Shown: in pieces, positions 11,196 to 21,323 of the stretch
How positions within the stretch are numbered: position 1 is the first letter of the stretch
Layout: each line of letters begins with the position of its first letter
DNA from: Asterionella formosa
Lineage: Eukaryota
Direction of reading: 5' to 3'
Assembly: GCA_002256025.1 (NCBI GenBank)
Contig: NKIB01000371.1
Span: 1 to 33,281 of the forward strand
Length of the DNA: 33,281 nt
Notes under the pieces: model-generated
What the model saw: the letters and a program-made list of their open reading frames with translations, nothing else
Database searches by the model: none
Told to the model about the DNA's origin: nothing
Program-made: the position numbers and the translations under genes

Positions 11196-12503
11196 CTACA
11201 CCACCGAAAAACCTCTTGGCTTGTCAGCACGAATATTCTTGGCTGGTGTTTCCATGTTATCCTCCGTCAATTCCCAGTTGCCCATCATGCAGGAACAATC
11301 TTCTTCCACCTTGATGGAAGCCAACGAGTTTCGTTTGTACGACACATTCTCCTTGGTCGATGGGACGACAATGCGAGCATCCATCGACGATCCCGAAAAA
11401 GGATTTTCCTGCATTTCACGCAAGCCACCATCATCGGCCATGAGAGTCATCACAAAGCGCTTGGGACGGAAGGTGCGGACAACATTGCTAATGAGAGAAC
11501 GATAAGACGTCACTTGCTGGTTGGTTTCAAAGGATGCGTAGGAAGATCCAGTCTCGGGAGTAATGTGAATCGTATAGTAAGTACGAAAGAGAATGGCATT
11601 CATAGAATATCCACATGGCTCAAAGGCACGAGGATCCACAATGGCACCTGGAATCAAATCGCTAATACCAGAATCTGTCGTCATCCTCTTGGAGATGCGA
11701 GCCGTTTCTTCATCCTTGCCTTCTCCTTCCAACTGTTCGTATGATCCGTAGTAAAACTTATGAGCCACTTCCTCATCAATATCAAACATCATAATGTTCA
11801 AGACACGGTCAGTATCAGTATCAGAGTTGCTGCGGACAGTGTGATCAGCCACAAAGACAAACCAATGGTCTCCAGTGACGGGTCCCAAGGTGTATCCACT
11901 TCCACCCAAGCGATCACATAGGTTTTGGTGCGAATACAAATAGTCCAATTCTTGATGAAAGGACTGGTGAGGAAATGCCTGGTCCCCTGGAAAGTTGAAG
12001 TTCTTGCGACTGTATCCCACCCAATCAATCTCCAAGCCGATTCTGCGTCCCAAATCAATCAGTGTGGCAATGCATCGGAGGAGGGTCGTGGTTCCACACG
12101 TCTTCAATACCAACATGTATGGGTAGACAAAGAGGGACGACTCAGACAGCACGTAGGCATCAACGTATTGGTTGGAAATAGAGGACAAGATAGTGCAACG
12201 AGCCCGAGCGCAGATGCGGTCCAAATCCTCGCGAGCTAGGCGTCGGAGCCCAACCTTGCCATTGACAGAAGGGGCATCATGGGTTATGGAGCGAAGGCGA
12301 CGAAAGCAAACTTCGAGCGTCTTCTCCGGTCCTTCAAAGACGCCAGTGTACTCTCTAAGATCGCCCGAGTGGTCATCGTCGGGTGCCTGCTGTGGCTGCA
12401 CCACCACTTCCAGGTCGGCCACATTCACAATAGTGTGATGTTCATTGGAGGACTCGCTCGCGTGCGTGCGGTCGTCGGACAGTTCGCAGTCAAGGACGTT
12501 CAT
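11196..12503 (-). CDS. SAMDC: S-adenosylmethionine decarboxylase proenzyme (AdoMetDC/SAMDC)
   Basis: FEGPEKTLEV, YVLSESSLFVYP (autocleavage E/S site), LKTCGTTTLL, FEPCGYSMN, TIHITPE..SYASFETN. Confidence 0.97.
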   Translation of the reverse strand: MNVLDCELSDDRTHASESSNEHHTIVNVADLEVVVQPQQAPDDDHSGDLREYTGVFEGPEKTLEVCFRRLRSITHDAPSVNGKVGLRRLAREDLDRICARARCTILSSISNQYVDAYVLSESSLFVYPYMLVLKTCGTTTLLRCIATLIDLGRRIGLEIDWVGYSRKNFNFPGDQAFPHQSFHQELDYLYSHQNLCDRLGGSGYTLGPVTGDHWFVFVADHTVRSNSDTDTDRVLNIMMFDIDEEVAHKFYYGSYEQLEGEGKDEETARISKRMTTDSGISDLIPGAIVDPRAFEPCGYSMNAILFRTYYTIHITPETGSSYASFETNQQVTSYRSLISNVVRTFRPKRFVMTLMADDGGLREMQENPFSGSSMDARIVVPSTKENVSYKRNSLASIKVEEDCSCMMGNWELTEDNMETPAKNIRADKPRGFSVV

Positions 12504-12538
12504 AATGAACCGGCTCGTGGGTAACTCAGTGGGGGGTG

Positions 12539-12853
12539 TCAGGAAAGAAAGGCCTGGACACGAACGAACTTGGCTGCTTCAGCCAAGACGATGGGTACGG
12601 CGACAAGAATTGCTCCGGACTGCACGGTGCAAGCGAATAAAGAGGAAGAGTAGGAAGAGGTGAAAGAGGGAGAAGAGTGAGGAACAATGTTGGAAGCAGG
12701 AACAATAGTATTCCGATAACTCTCCCGAGAAAAGAGAAGGCCGGAGGGAATACCGAGCCACGTTGGATTCTACTTGAACCGACGGCGGACTCCATCGGAA
12801 CTTGCTGTTTCTCGATCTACAGCTGCCGTTGCGTCAATTGCACTTACAGGCAT
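12539..12853 (-). promoter_or_regulatory. Predicted spliced upstream ORF of AdoMetDC: join(12853-12848, 12619-12539), 28 aa MPSGAILVAVPIVLAEAAKFVRVQAFLS
   Basis: ATG CCT is followed directly by a perfect GTAAGT donor (12847). A CTCAC branch-like motif, a long pyrimidine tract and a TGCAG acceptor (ending 12620) follow. Exon 2 has coding-like codons and ends CTT TCC TGA, 35 nt before the main ATG. Confidence 0.65.
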
Positions 12854-14419
12854 AAAAGGGTAATCGGCTCTATCACTGACAACGCCGGCTATGGAGTAGT
12901 CAGTTGATATATTCCACTTTCAAACACTGCAAAAGTAGAAGCGAATTTCTGTTTTGTTTGAGCCAAACACTCCCCATCAAAATTCAAGTCGCTTATCTAC
13001 ACTACCAGGTACCAACTCTCACGTCAAACACAGCACACCGCTACACCATAGTCTACTACTGCTGAATACTGATACCGGTATACTACTGGGAGGTAGACTA
13101 CCGGTACCAGGTGTACCAGTACCAGGGTGCCGATGATCATATCATACTACCACCACAGAATCACAATTCCTTACATACAGAAATGTTGCTATACTAGAAC
13201 GCGTGGCGCTGGATGGATGCTGTGATGGTACCAGGTACCAGGTACTGGTACCACCAGGTAAGTAGGATACCTGGTAACACCCCACCATACGTCATCAGTG
13301 CTGAACAATACCGCAAAACAGCTACCTGGTATCATTGTACCAGGTACCTCTTATGTACATAACGGTATACTGATATGAATTCTCCGGGTACTTTCATTCA
13401 ACGTGTGCTGCAATTCAAGTCAATAACAACGGACAACCGGTATGTACTACGGTATGTGCAGAGAATTGTTGGTGAAATCATAGTACCGGTAGTAAGGTGC
13501 TTGCTTGTTCCCTGATGTCGGGCTCCTGCACATATGCCCTGGCATCTACCGGTACTCAGCTTTGATAGGAGCACAGCATGCGCCGGAATGTTTTATTTAT
13601 CAAGAATCTGTATGGCTGGCACGACTTCATTCGACATGAGCGTGTGGACAAAGGTTTGTTTTTGCCAGTTTAGAAATAACAGCTATGAATATGTATCTCA
13701 AGTATCATGCATGCATATATATAAATATACATGGTATGCACATTTCGGTGATACTGTATATAAATTTTCCCCAATATAACAAATAACTTCATATATGAAG
13801 CAAATACCCAGTATGTTGACCCATGCACACATCCTTGACTAAAAATAAAACCAAGTGCATACCGATATCTTCTATCTTTCCTAGATGATGGCAATTATCA
13901 AGTTCACAAGGAGACAAGCGTACCGGTAGATAGTTTACAGACCAGAGCTAATCTTCAAAATCATCGCTACAGGTCGATTCTGATTTTAGTAAGCCAGATG
14001 GCAGACCATTCATCACTACTGGTAGACTGCTGGCCCTTCCACCTTGACTTTGGTTAGACTATTTCATTCATAGCGCTTGAGATAATAGCTAGTACTAGAT
14101 CCTAGGTATTTGATAAATGCATGTTCAAAAGAAACCTAGATTGCATTGTGCTACTAAGTACTAGTAGGACGAGCAATGACTGTTGGTAGTCTAACACGCA
14201 CCAAAAGAAAAGTAGTACTAGCAGTCGTCCCAGTACTACTTCATAGCAGTCTGGTTTTATGTAGTAGCATATCAGCATCACATAGCAATAAAGACCAACA
14301 AAGTTTGCATATAATAAATTATTTTCAATCACAGTCGATGCCGAAATGAGTTAGCTGCTTATTTTTATTTGTTTTATTGGTGATGGTGAACCCAGACAGA
14401 ATCCAGAAATGTTTTTGCC

Positions 14420-14914
14420 TCAATGATAGTCCAAGGTAATGGTTCGTTTCAGTTTTCTAATGGCCGACTGCCAAAATGTTTCAGCTAATTCTGCAGCTTT
14501 CGTTTGTTTCGCAGAGTGCAATCGTCGCCTTGCGCTTTTGTGTGCTCTTTTTTCTGCAAGTCGAATCTCTATTTCTGGGACTCCGAACTCATGGGACAAT
14601 AATTCTTTTCGTTCTGTGCTTGATAAGCGAGTGCTGCTCCGCCGTACTAGGTGATCGGCTTCAAATGTATCTATGCCTTGTGCTGGTACTTCAACGTACT
14701 CCCAACCTATTGCCATAGGTGGACCGACAACACAGTCTGGGTGATCACCCACAATCCGAACATATTCGCGGATGGAAACACTTGTGAATCTCACTTTCTT
14801 CTTGCTTTCGTGATCTGCACCATTAAAACTCAATTTGGTTGCTGGTGGGGATTCGCCGCGAAAGAATTTTGAGGCAACGGAAGAAGATTGAATGGATGGT
14901 TTGAGAGGCGGCAT
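14420..14914 (-). CDS. Small uncharacterised protein with an RVxF-type motif; paralogue 1 of a tandem pair
   Basis: 164-aa ORF containing KKVRFTSVSIREYVRIVGDHPDCVVGPPMAIGWEY. It aligns over its length with the 15642-16130 ORF. Confidence 0.85.
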   Translation of the reverse strand: MPPLKPSIQSSSVASKFFRGESPPATKLSFNGADHESKKKVRFTSVSIREYVRIVGDHPDCVVGPPMAIGWEYVEVPAQGIDTFEADHLVRRSSTRLSSTERKELLSHEFGVPEIEIRLAEKRAHKSARRRLHSAKQTKAAELAETFWQSAIRKLKRTITLDYH

Positions 14915-15641
14915 GGTTGCTTGTCATTTGACTTGTTCATTGCTAGATTAATATTTGGGAATTGAATCATGTTTGCTTTTTGAACCGGTTATTACGTCGA
15001 ACTGCCGGTACCGGTATGATCATGCTGTATAAATTTGTGCTTCTCGTTGTTTTCCTGTGAATGTGCTAAATTGTGGGACTTTGTTGTTCGTTGCTTCCAC
15101 TCTGACAACCCAAGACATATTTTAGTATCTGGTATCGTATGTTCATAACTTATATCTATGGGTGTGCTTGAAACGTGCGTCTAAAATAAAATCGTCCTTT
15201 GGCCGCTCTTGAAAATGCAAAGGTTCGTCACTGTTCCGAAGAAGTATCCGTGAGTACCGGTACCTATGTATGGATGATAGTCCATTTGCATAATACGTGA
15301 TTGGTACGGACTAACTACCAGGTACCCTGGTGGGCACTCTTTCATGGTACTCCAGTACCTGGTACAGACAGGACCATCAGGTATCGTTGATTCTGCTGAC
15401 AGTCACTTAGTACTTTTGTTTCCTCGTCGGTAAATTTATTACTCATGGCACCCACGCCTTCGATTATGACACCTTGAAAGTTGCTTGCTTCGCATTTTGT
15501 AGAATGCATTGAACAACAACGAGATATCTATAACTTCAATTGTATATTAGAAAAGATTCCGTGCTAATTTCTAGCATCTGCATGATCAAGAATCGTTATC
15601 AACGGTGAACGTAACAAAAACATGATGGGAATCGTATATTT

Positions 15642-16130
15642 CTAGCTTTGAGCGCCTCGATTGTTGAACGAAAGGGCACGTTTCAGTTTTCTCTTCGCGG
15701 ACTGAAAAATCACTTCGGCTCGTTCTTCAGCTTTCGATTGTGTCACGGTAAAGTATCGTAACCGAGAAGTTTCTTGCACTGCCATTTCTGCGCGACGAAT
15801 ATCTACTTTTGCGACGCCGTATTCTTTCACCAAAATTTCCTTTCGTTTGATGCTAGACAAATGAATGTTGCGCCTTGTTTGAGTTTCCTCAAATGCATCA
15901 AGGTCTTGTGGTGGCATTTCTATGTACTCCCATCCAAGAGTGATAGGAGGGCCTTCTTTGCAGTCAGGGTGGTCACCGACCGTCCGGACATATTCGCGGA
16001 TTAACACACTTGCGAAATTCACGCTTTTCTTTGTCTTGTGGGTACTCGGGGTTATTTGATCAGACATGTCTGAGTCAAGGAAAGAAGAAGATTGAGTGGG
16101 AGTAATAGTGTTTGCATTTAGAGGGGGCAT
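15642..16130 (-). CDS. Small uncharacterised protein with an RVxF-type motif; paralogue 2 of a tandem pair
   Basis: 162-aa ORF containing KKSVNFASVLIREYVRTVGDHPDCKEGPPITLGWEY. It shares the MPPL start and the QSAxRKLKR end with paralogue 1. Confidence 0.85.
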   Translation of the reverse strand: MPPLNANTITPTQSSSFLDSDMSDQITPSTHKTKKSVNFASVLIREYVRTVGDHPDCKEGPPITLGWEYIEMPPQDLDAFEETQTRRNIHLSSIKRKEILVKEYGVAKVDIRRAEMAVQETSRLRYFTVTQSKAEERAEVIFQSAKRKLKRALSFNNRGAQS

Positions 16131-18919
16131 GTTGCGATATTTTGCTTTTTGGCTTGCTTCTTGCTTGATGCTTTTGTCGGACTATCTCCTGTCACGATTT
16201 CGTTGCAATGAATCTTTATGAATCTCTGTTTTGGAAATTATGATAGGTCTCTGGACAAAGAAAATACCAGGTACAGGTACGCCCCCGGTATTTGATATTA
16301 TACCGGAATGTTATTTCCCTCTTGACGGTACCCTGGTACCAGTACCGTAATGTAGTAGTCGCAAACTGCCGAGTATTTGACTATCTGGAAAACAAAGCTA
16401 AACTTCTGAAATAACGTAACTTGCCTGTGACCAGGTGCAATGATGTGCGTATGAAAAATACGTAACAAATGGTACCAGCAAGTTGTCCTCAATTTGCTGA
16501 AACGGACAACGTGACGCAGGACAGACACTCAAAACAACTAAAAAGAGAACGTCATCAACTCCTCTCTCTTTGAGTCAACAGTATCACGACTTGTTAGTGA
16601 TGTAAATAATTAGTTCGTATACACACCGACATGTCAAGAAGAGCCAAATGGCTGAAAAGAGAAAATGACAATGACTGGGGCAATAAAAGGGCAGCCCAAA
16701 GCTAAAGTAAGCAAATCTTGCTTAGCTATGTTGCTTTATTCTCTCCAAACTCAAGATCATTCTCCTTTTCTGGCCAAATTGATGAAAACAACCAATAATG
16801 AACGATTCTATATCAATTAGGATTTGAAATGCTAGCATCATCATACATAACAACTAGTGGCACCAGTAAAAAACTGCATTGACCCACTGTTTTATCCCAT
16901 TTGTTTGATTAATTTGACTAACACTTATCTTGCCTCTCTCTGAAATTTGTTCGGAAGTATTGATGTCATAAGGCGTTGATACATTAGCATCCTGTTTCTA
17001 GTTAAATTGAACATCTGGATCAGAAGATGTTTATATTCACTTAGACATAAAATTCAATCTCAGTGGGTCAATGCAGTATATGAAAATTTTACCATACCTT
17101 AAAGTAATTATATATTTGTTGGAGAACACGGATTATCCTGTTTGGTTCAAAGCAAAAAGACATAAAATGCATGATGCTCCTTACATTAAACCGGTACCAT
17201 GTACCAGCACTGGTACCATTCCTGGTACTATAGATGTACCAGTTTTTACACATGGTTAGCTACATCTAAGCCGCGTATTACGTGAAGTGACCATCACGTA
17301 AATAAGCCTAGTTGATTTTGAATGGATCACATGAATTAGTTGAATACATCAAAATCCTTACTTGAACATATCTATATATTATCTGAATACATCACAATAA
17401 TTATTTGATCAGAGTATCATGCTGCATGCATCCTGATCATCACTATATTACGTGATCACCTTCACGTAATTATTTGAAATACTTCAATTAATTCTGTAAT
17501 TTAGTTCAAATTGCCTTATAATTTTGTTCACGTAATTCTATATATAGTTCATGTAATGTATTAAAATTATTTACGTAATTTAAAAGTACTATCAAATATG
17601 TTGATTTCTAATTCAACTGCCGGTATTTCACATTACATGGGAAACAAATCACGATATGCAATCAAACAAAGCAGTCCTTTCAGAATGGCATCTTCAGTCT
17701 TGAGAAGGCAGGCATTATGAGATGTCTGTAAGGACAATGCAAGACAAACAGAAGCCGTTCATTCTGAATGAAAAAATTATTCATTCTTGAGGAGGCATCA
17801 TGGTGCAAAATCGCAACAGGAATGTATCACACTGGCTTCCTTCTTGTCCTTGAAATGACTTCTTCATTGATCTGCAAAGATTTATATAACAACAGTTTGT
17901 CAGTAATTCATTTAATAGAACTAGCAACAGCAGGAAGCAACACACACATGGGCTATTCAACTGTTTCACGGAGCAGTCAAATTGACAGCAAGACACCGGC
18001 AACAACCAGGCAGCACCGCAACTCACTGATGCATTCAAAAGAATGCTCCTGTTGTGAAATGGACGGCTAAAATGGAAAATAAATGTAGACAACAACAATA
18101 GAACCACGTGATTTATCGCTCGCTTTGCTGATGTGATGACAAAAACTGAAGATTAAGCTCACCTGAAAGGCCTCCATTGCGGGCCTCCATATTGCATCCT
18201 CATTTCACCTTCTATCACTCCTGCTTTCAAAAGAACACTCCTTTTCTGAAAAGGCCTGTTCAAATGTCAAATGAATGTTGAGAACAGCAGCATATCATTA
18301 TGAATTATCACTCGCTTGGTGATATGATAGCAAAAATAGCATGCAAATAAATCTTACCTTAAAAGCATCCATTGCGGACCATCTCAATGTTGCATCATTC
18401 CACCTTTGGTTGGTGCAACAAACCATATGTGAGCTGATAAAAGATTTGTTTATAGTAAGGCAGCTGAAAATCTGGAAAGAGGGATGCTAGCTAGTTGTAA
18501 GGGTCGTCCCCATGTTGAAAATAAATTGTTCCAAGTGGTGTTGAATGTTGGCGTTTTTATGAATTCAGATGGTCAAAAATCCTTGCGCAGCCATGCATGA
18601 CTTCCTCTTTGCCTTGTACCAACAGAACCTACAATCTACGCAAAAAAATCTGGCGCAGTCTTGCTAAAAATTTCGTCGGGACAAATTTCTGAGGCTACAA
18701 TTGTGACTTGAACAAATATGACAAGAGGGAGAGGACACAGCCAATAGTGACTACTCCTAATTGCACATGCACTGAATGATCTACCATTAGCCTTGTCCTA
18801 CTATAGTAAAAAAACGCCTTGATTTTATATTGAAAACAATTAACTGATGAGATAACCAATTCACTTGCATGATGAAATTTTAATCTGTTGTGTCTTCCTC
18901 AATTCTGTGTGATTCCTAC

Positions 18920-19455
18920 ATTCAGAGCATTGTAGCAACTGCGTGGCAACCCATAGGTCCCATGCTTGTTCCGCCTAAAAAGAGCTCTTGAATCTCTTGA
19001 GTGTCATTGACTCCATATGACGTTTTTCTCCTTGTTCTCAGTTCATCTTCTAGAATGGCTTCTATTACTGAAATCACTCCATCTGGCCCTATCTAATCGG
19101 TTTCCAGTCAAATACAGTTTGGTCACAGCGTACCCTCTCCTGATCCCATCAGCCAACGCCATGGCTCCTTCTTCCCGCATGTGATTCCCTGCCAAGTAGA
19201 GCGTATGCAAGGCAGATCCAAACAAAGCACGTGCCTATGATCTAATCCCATCATCGCCGACTTAGTTGAATCCAAGATCCAACGATCCCAAAGAAGCGCG
19301 GTGTGCTGAAATCCCGACAGCCAATGTATTAAAACATACCTCTGTTGCCCAAGTTGTTGTAACCTGGTTTGAGAATGGAAAGATTTGAATTCTGCAGCAG
19401 GGCCACATTGACTAAGCGTGCGTCCGATGACTGCAATCCTCCCTGTGATAATCAA
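18920..19455 (-). pseudogene. Decayed fragment of a ribonuclease-inhibitor-like (RNI/NLRC3-type) LRR gene
   Basis: With stops and frameshifts it reads GLQSSDARLVNVALLQNSNLSILKPGYNNLGNRG / LAVGISAHRASLGSLDLGFN*VGDDGIRS*ARALFGSALHTLYLAGNHMREEGAMALADGIRRGYAVTKLYLTGNRL / IQELFLGGTSMGPMGCHAVATML. Confidence 0.8.
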
Positions 19456-20091
19456 TCTACCAATCGTGAGTACGGATGGAGAATTTGAGGGAAAAAAGCG
19501 CCAAGGAGTTAGAACAACTGAGCCATGACACAGCGCAAGACAGCAACACGCACTCAGGGTGTGCTTCTACCAGTACTTAACTTGGTTAGCTATCATCGCA
19601 TGAGTGCTTCTGATAAGCGCTGAAGGACACTCTCTCGAGTCGGCGTTGCTTTGGCGTCGTGGTGCGAGTTCAATTTGCCAATTTTACATTGTCAGTGCGC
19701 ACTTACTTCAGCCTACAGTGGCGATGTTTATGGTTGCGTCAATTTGGTGTATGAGGATGGCGAAAACTCTTTTCACTGTCATTTCTTGGCCAATTCATAC
19801 CTTCTCGGCATATGTACCATACGTTACTTGAGTTGCATTTCGCAATGATTTATCCTCTAAAACAATTTTATCTTGAACCTTTAAAATATGTAGTTGTAAC
19901 ATGAACTAGTTTTGTGTTGGAAATCACTGTATGATTCTGAACCATCACATGAAAATCTCGAAGAGAAGTCTTGTTCACTATAATAGTTCATATTATTTAC
20001 GTGAACTGCACAACTATAAACTGTAGATTGTCCATGCATGAAATAAGACACTACAAATATCCTTACTATTTCACAAATAAAGATGTGTGTA

Positions 20092-20561
20092 GTAAATGAA
20101 TTAGGCATGAGAGCAGGATATTAGTCGAACTTTGAAATGAATTATTTGAAACATCAACTAATTCAGTCTCGAGTTCAAAGTTCATTGTGAAAAATTCTCA
20201 TGAAACCGTTAAAAGTAACCTTTTTTACGGGAAGAGTGGCATTAATTCATGTCAAGTACCCCATCATTAACACTCCTACGTAACTTAAATTTCGAAAAGT
20301 GGCGTATTTCGCGGCTTAGATGCATGTCGTAAATGAATTATCCTCAAGAGCCGGACTTAGTTGAACTTTGAAATGAATTATTTGAAACATTAACTAATTT
20401 AGTCTTGAGTTCAAAGTTTTTTGTGAATGCTTCACATGAAACTGTTACAAGTAATCTTTTTTATGTGAAAAGTGGCATTAATGCATGTGAAGTAAAATAT
20501 AATTAACACTCGTGCATACTAGACGAAATTTCGAAAAGTGGCATATTTCGCGGCTTAGATG
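20092..20561 (+). repeat. Tandem duplication (~237-bp unit) of the right end of the TA-flanked element, including its TIR
   Basis: Units ~20092-20322 and ~20329-20561 both run gtaaatgaatta..gaactttgaaatgaattatttgaaacat..tttcgaaaagtggc(g/a)tatttcgcggcttagatg. Confidence 0.9.
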
Positions 20562-21323
20562 TACCAGGTACCGGTACTTATAATGGCCTGCCTACATAGA
20601 TACCGGTATTACATGGCCGACCGGGTTTCATCAATTTTTATTTACAGAATTATTATTGACAAGGTTAAGGATAAGCCATGAAATGCGAGAAATTTATATA
20701 CATCGTTGTACACAATATAAGATGCGAACTCCAAACTTGGGATAATTTGTGCTTTTCATTTTTTTCTTCGATCACCAGTTTCGACCTAAATTAACGAAAG
20801 ATCGACGTCCAATCGGCTGAGAACTAACAGTATGACTCCATCCACTATATGCTCAAGATACATTCTGGAGCTTACTAAGAAATAGAGAGTAAATGATTTT
20901 TTATAACAAAACGTGTTTTTTATCCTGTCAGTGGGTCAATGCAGTTCGAAATTTTTCCCAGTGGCTTAATGCAGTTTTTAATGGTATCCGATATACCTAT
21001 TATACCATACCAGCACCGTATGTATGCTGGTGGCTGGACTCATACTGCTGGACATGCCGCTCAGGGTACCCGAGGTACATAGCGGCAGCACTCATCAGCG
21101 CATGTATATAGTTATTTAGATTAGATTATTCGATTCTTTTCTATGTATGATGTATTTTCAGGTATACATAGTAGCACTATGGAGTACAGAGTAACTGTGT
21201 AGTCGTCATGAGCGGCTGGAGTATGCATGGTGCATCATGTCATCTCAGCCTTGACCATGACAAAATTAACAAATATCTCCATAAAAATGAAAATGACGCT
21301 TTACTATTTGGTACATATATTAA

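Larger units (their letters stand above)
17263..20561. mobile_element. Non-autonomous TIR element with TA target duplication (Tc1/mariner-like signature) carrying a host gene fragment
   Basis: TA|CATCTAAGCCGCG at 17261-17275 and CGCGGCTTAGATG|TA at 20549-20563 form a perfect 13-bp TIR. Subterminal (t)tcacgt(aa)/acgtga repeats occur at 17277-17580. Confidence 0.75.
16867..20980. mobile_element. Insertion (or two related remnants) bounded by inverted AAAAACTGCATT(G/A)A(C/G)CCACTG motifs, interrupting the left arm
   Basis: taaaaaactgcattgacccactg lies at 16867-16889. Inverted copies lie at 17061-17077, 20929-20946 and 20959-20980. The interval has no counterpart in the right arm. Confidence 0.55.

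Noticed and set aside
12579..12761. GTG-started ORF in frame with AdoMetDC across one TGA (possible readthrough N-terminal extension)
   Set aside because: It has no ATG, lies mostly within the predicted intron and shows no coding-like character.
12526..12795. 89-aa ORF starting MES.., superficially like the plant SAMDC small uORF
   Set aside because: Similarity is limited to three residues. The L/P/S/F-rich middle is the translation of an intron pyrimidine tract. It is relevant only if the intron is retained.
17640..18700. Possible transposase remnant inside the TA-flanked element
   Set aside because: I could not read any DDE/DDD or HTH motif in any frame.
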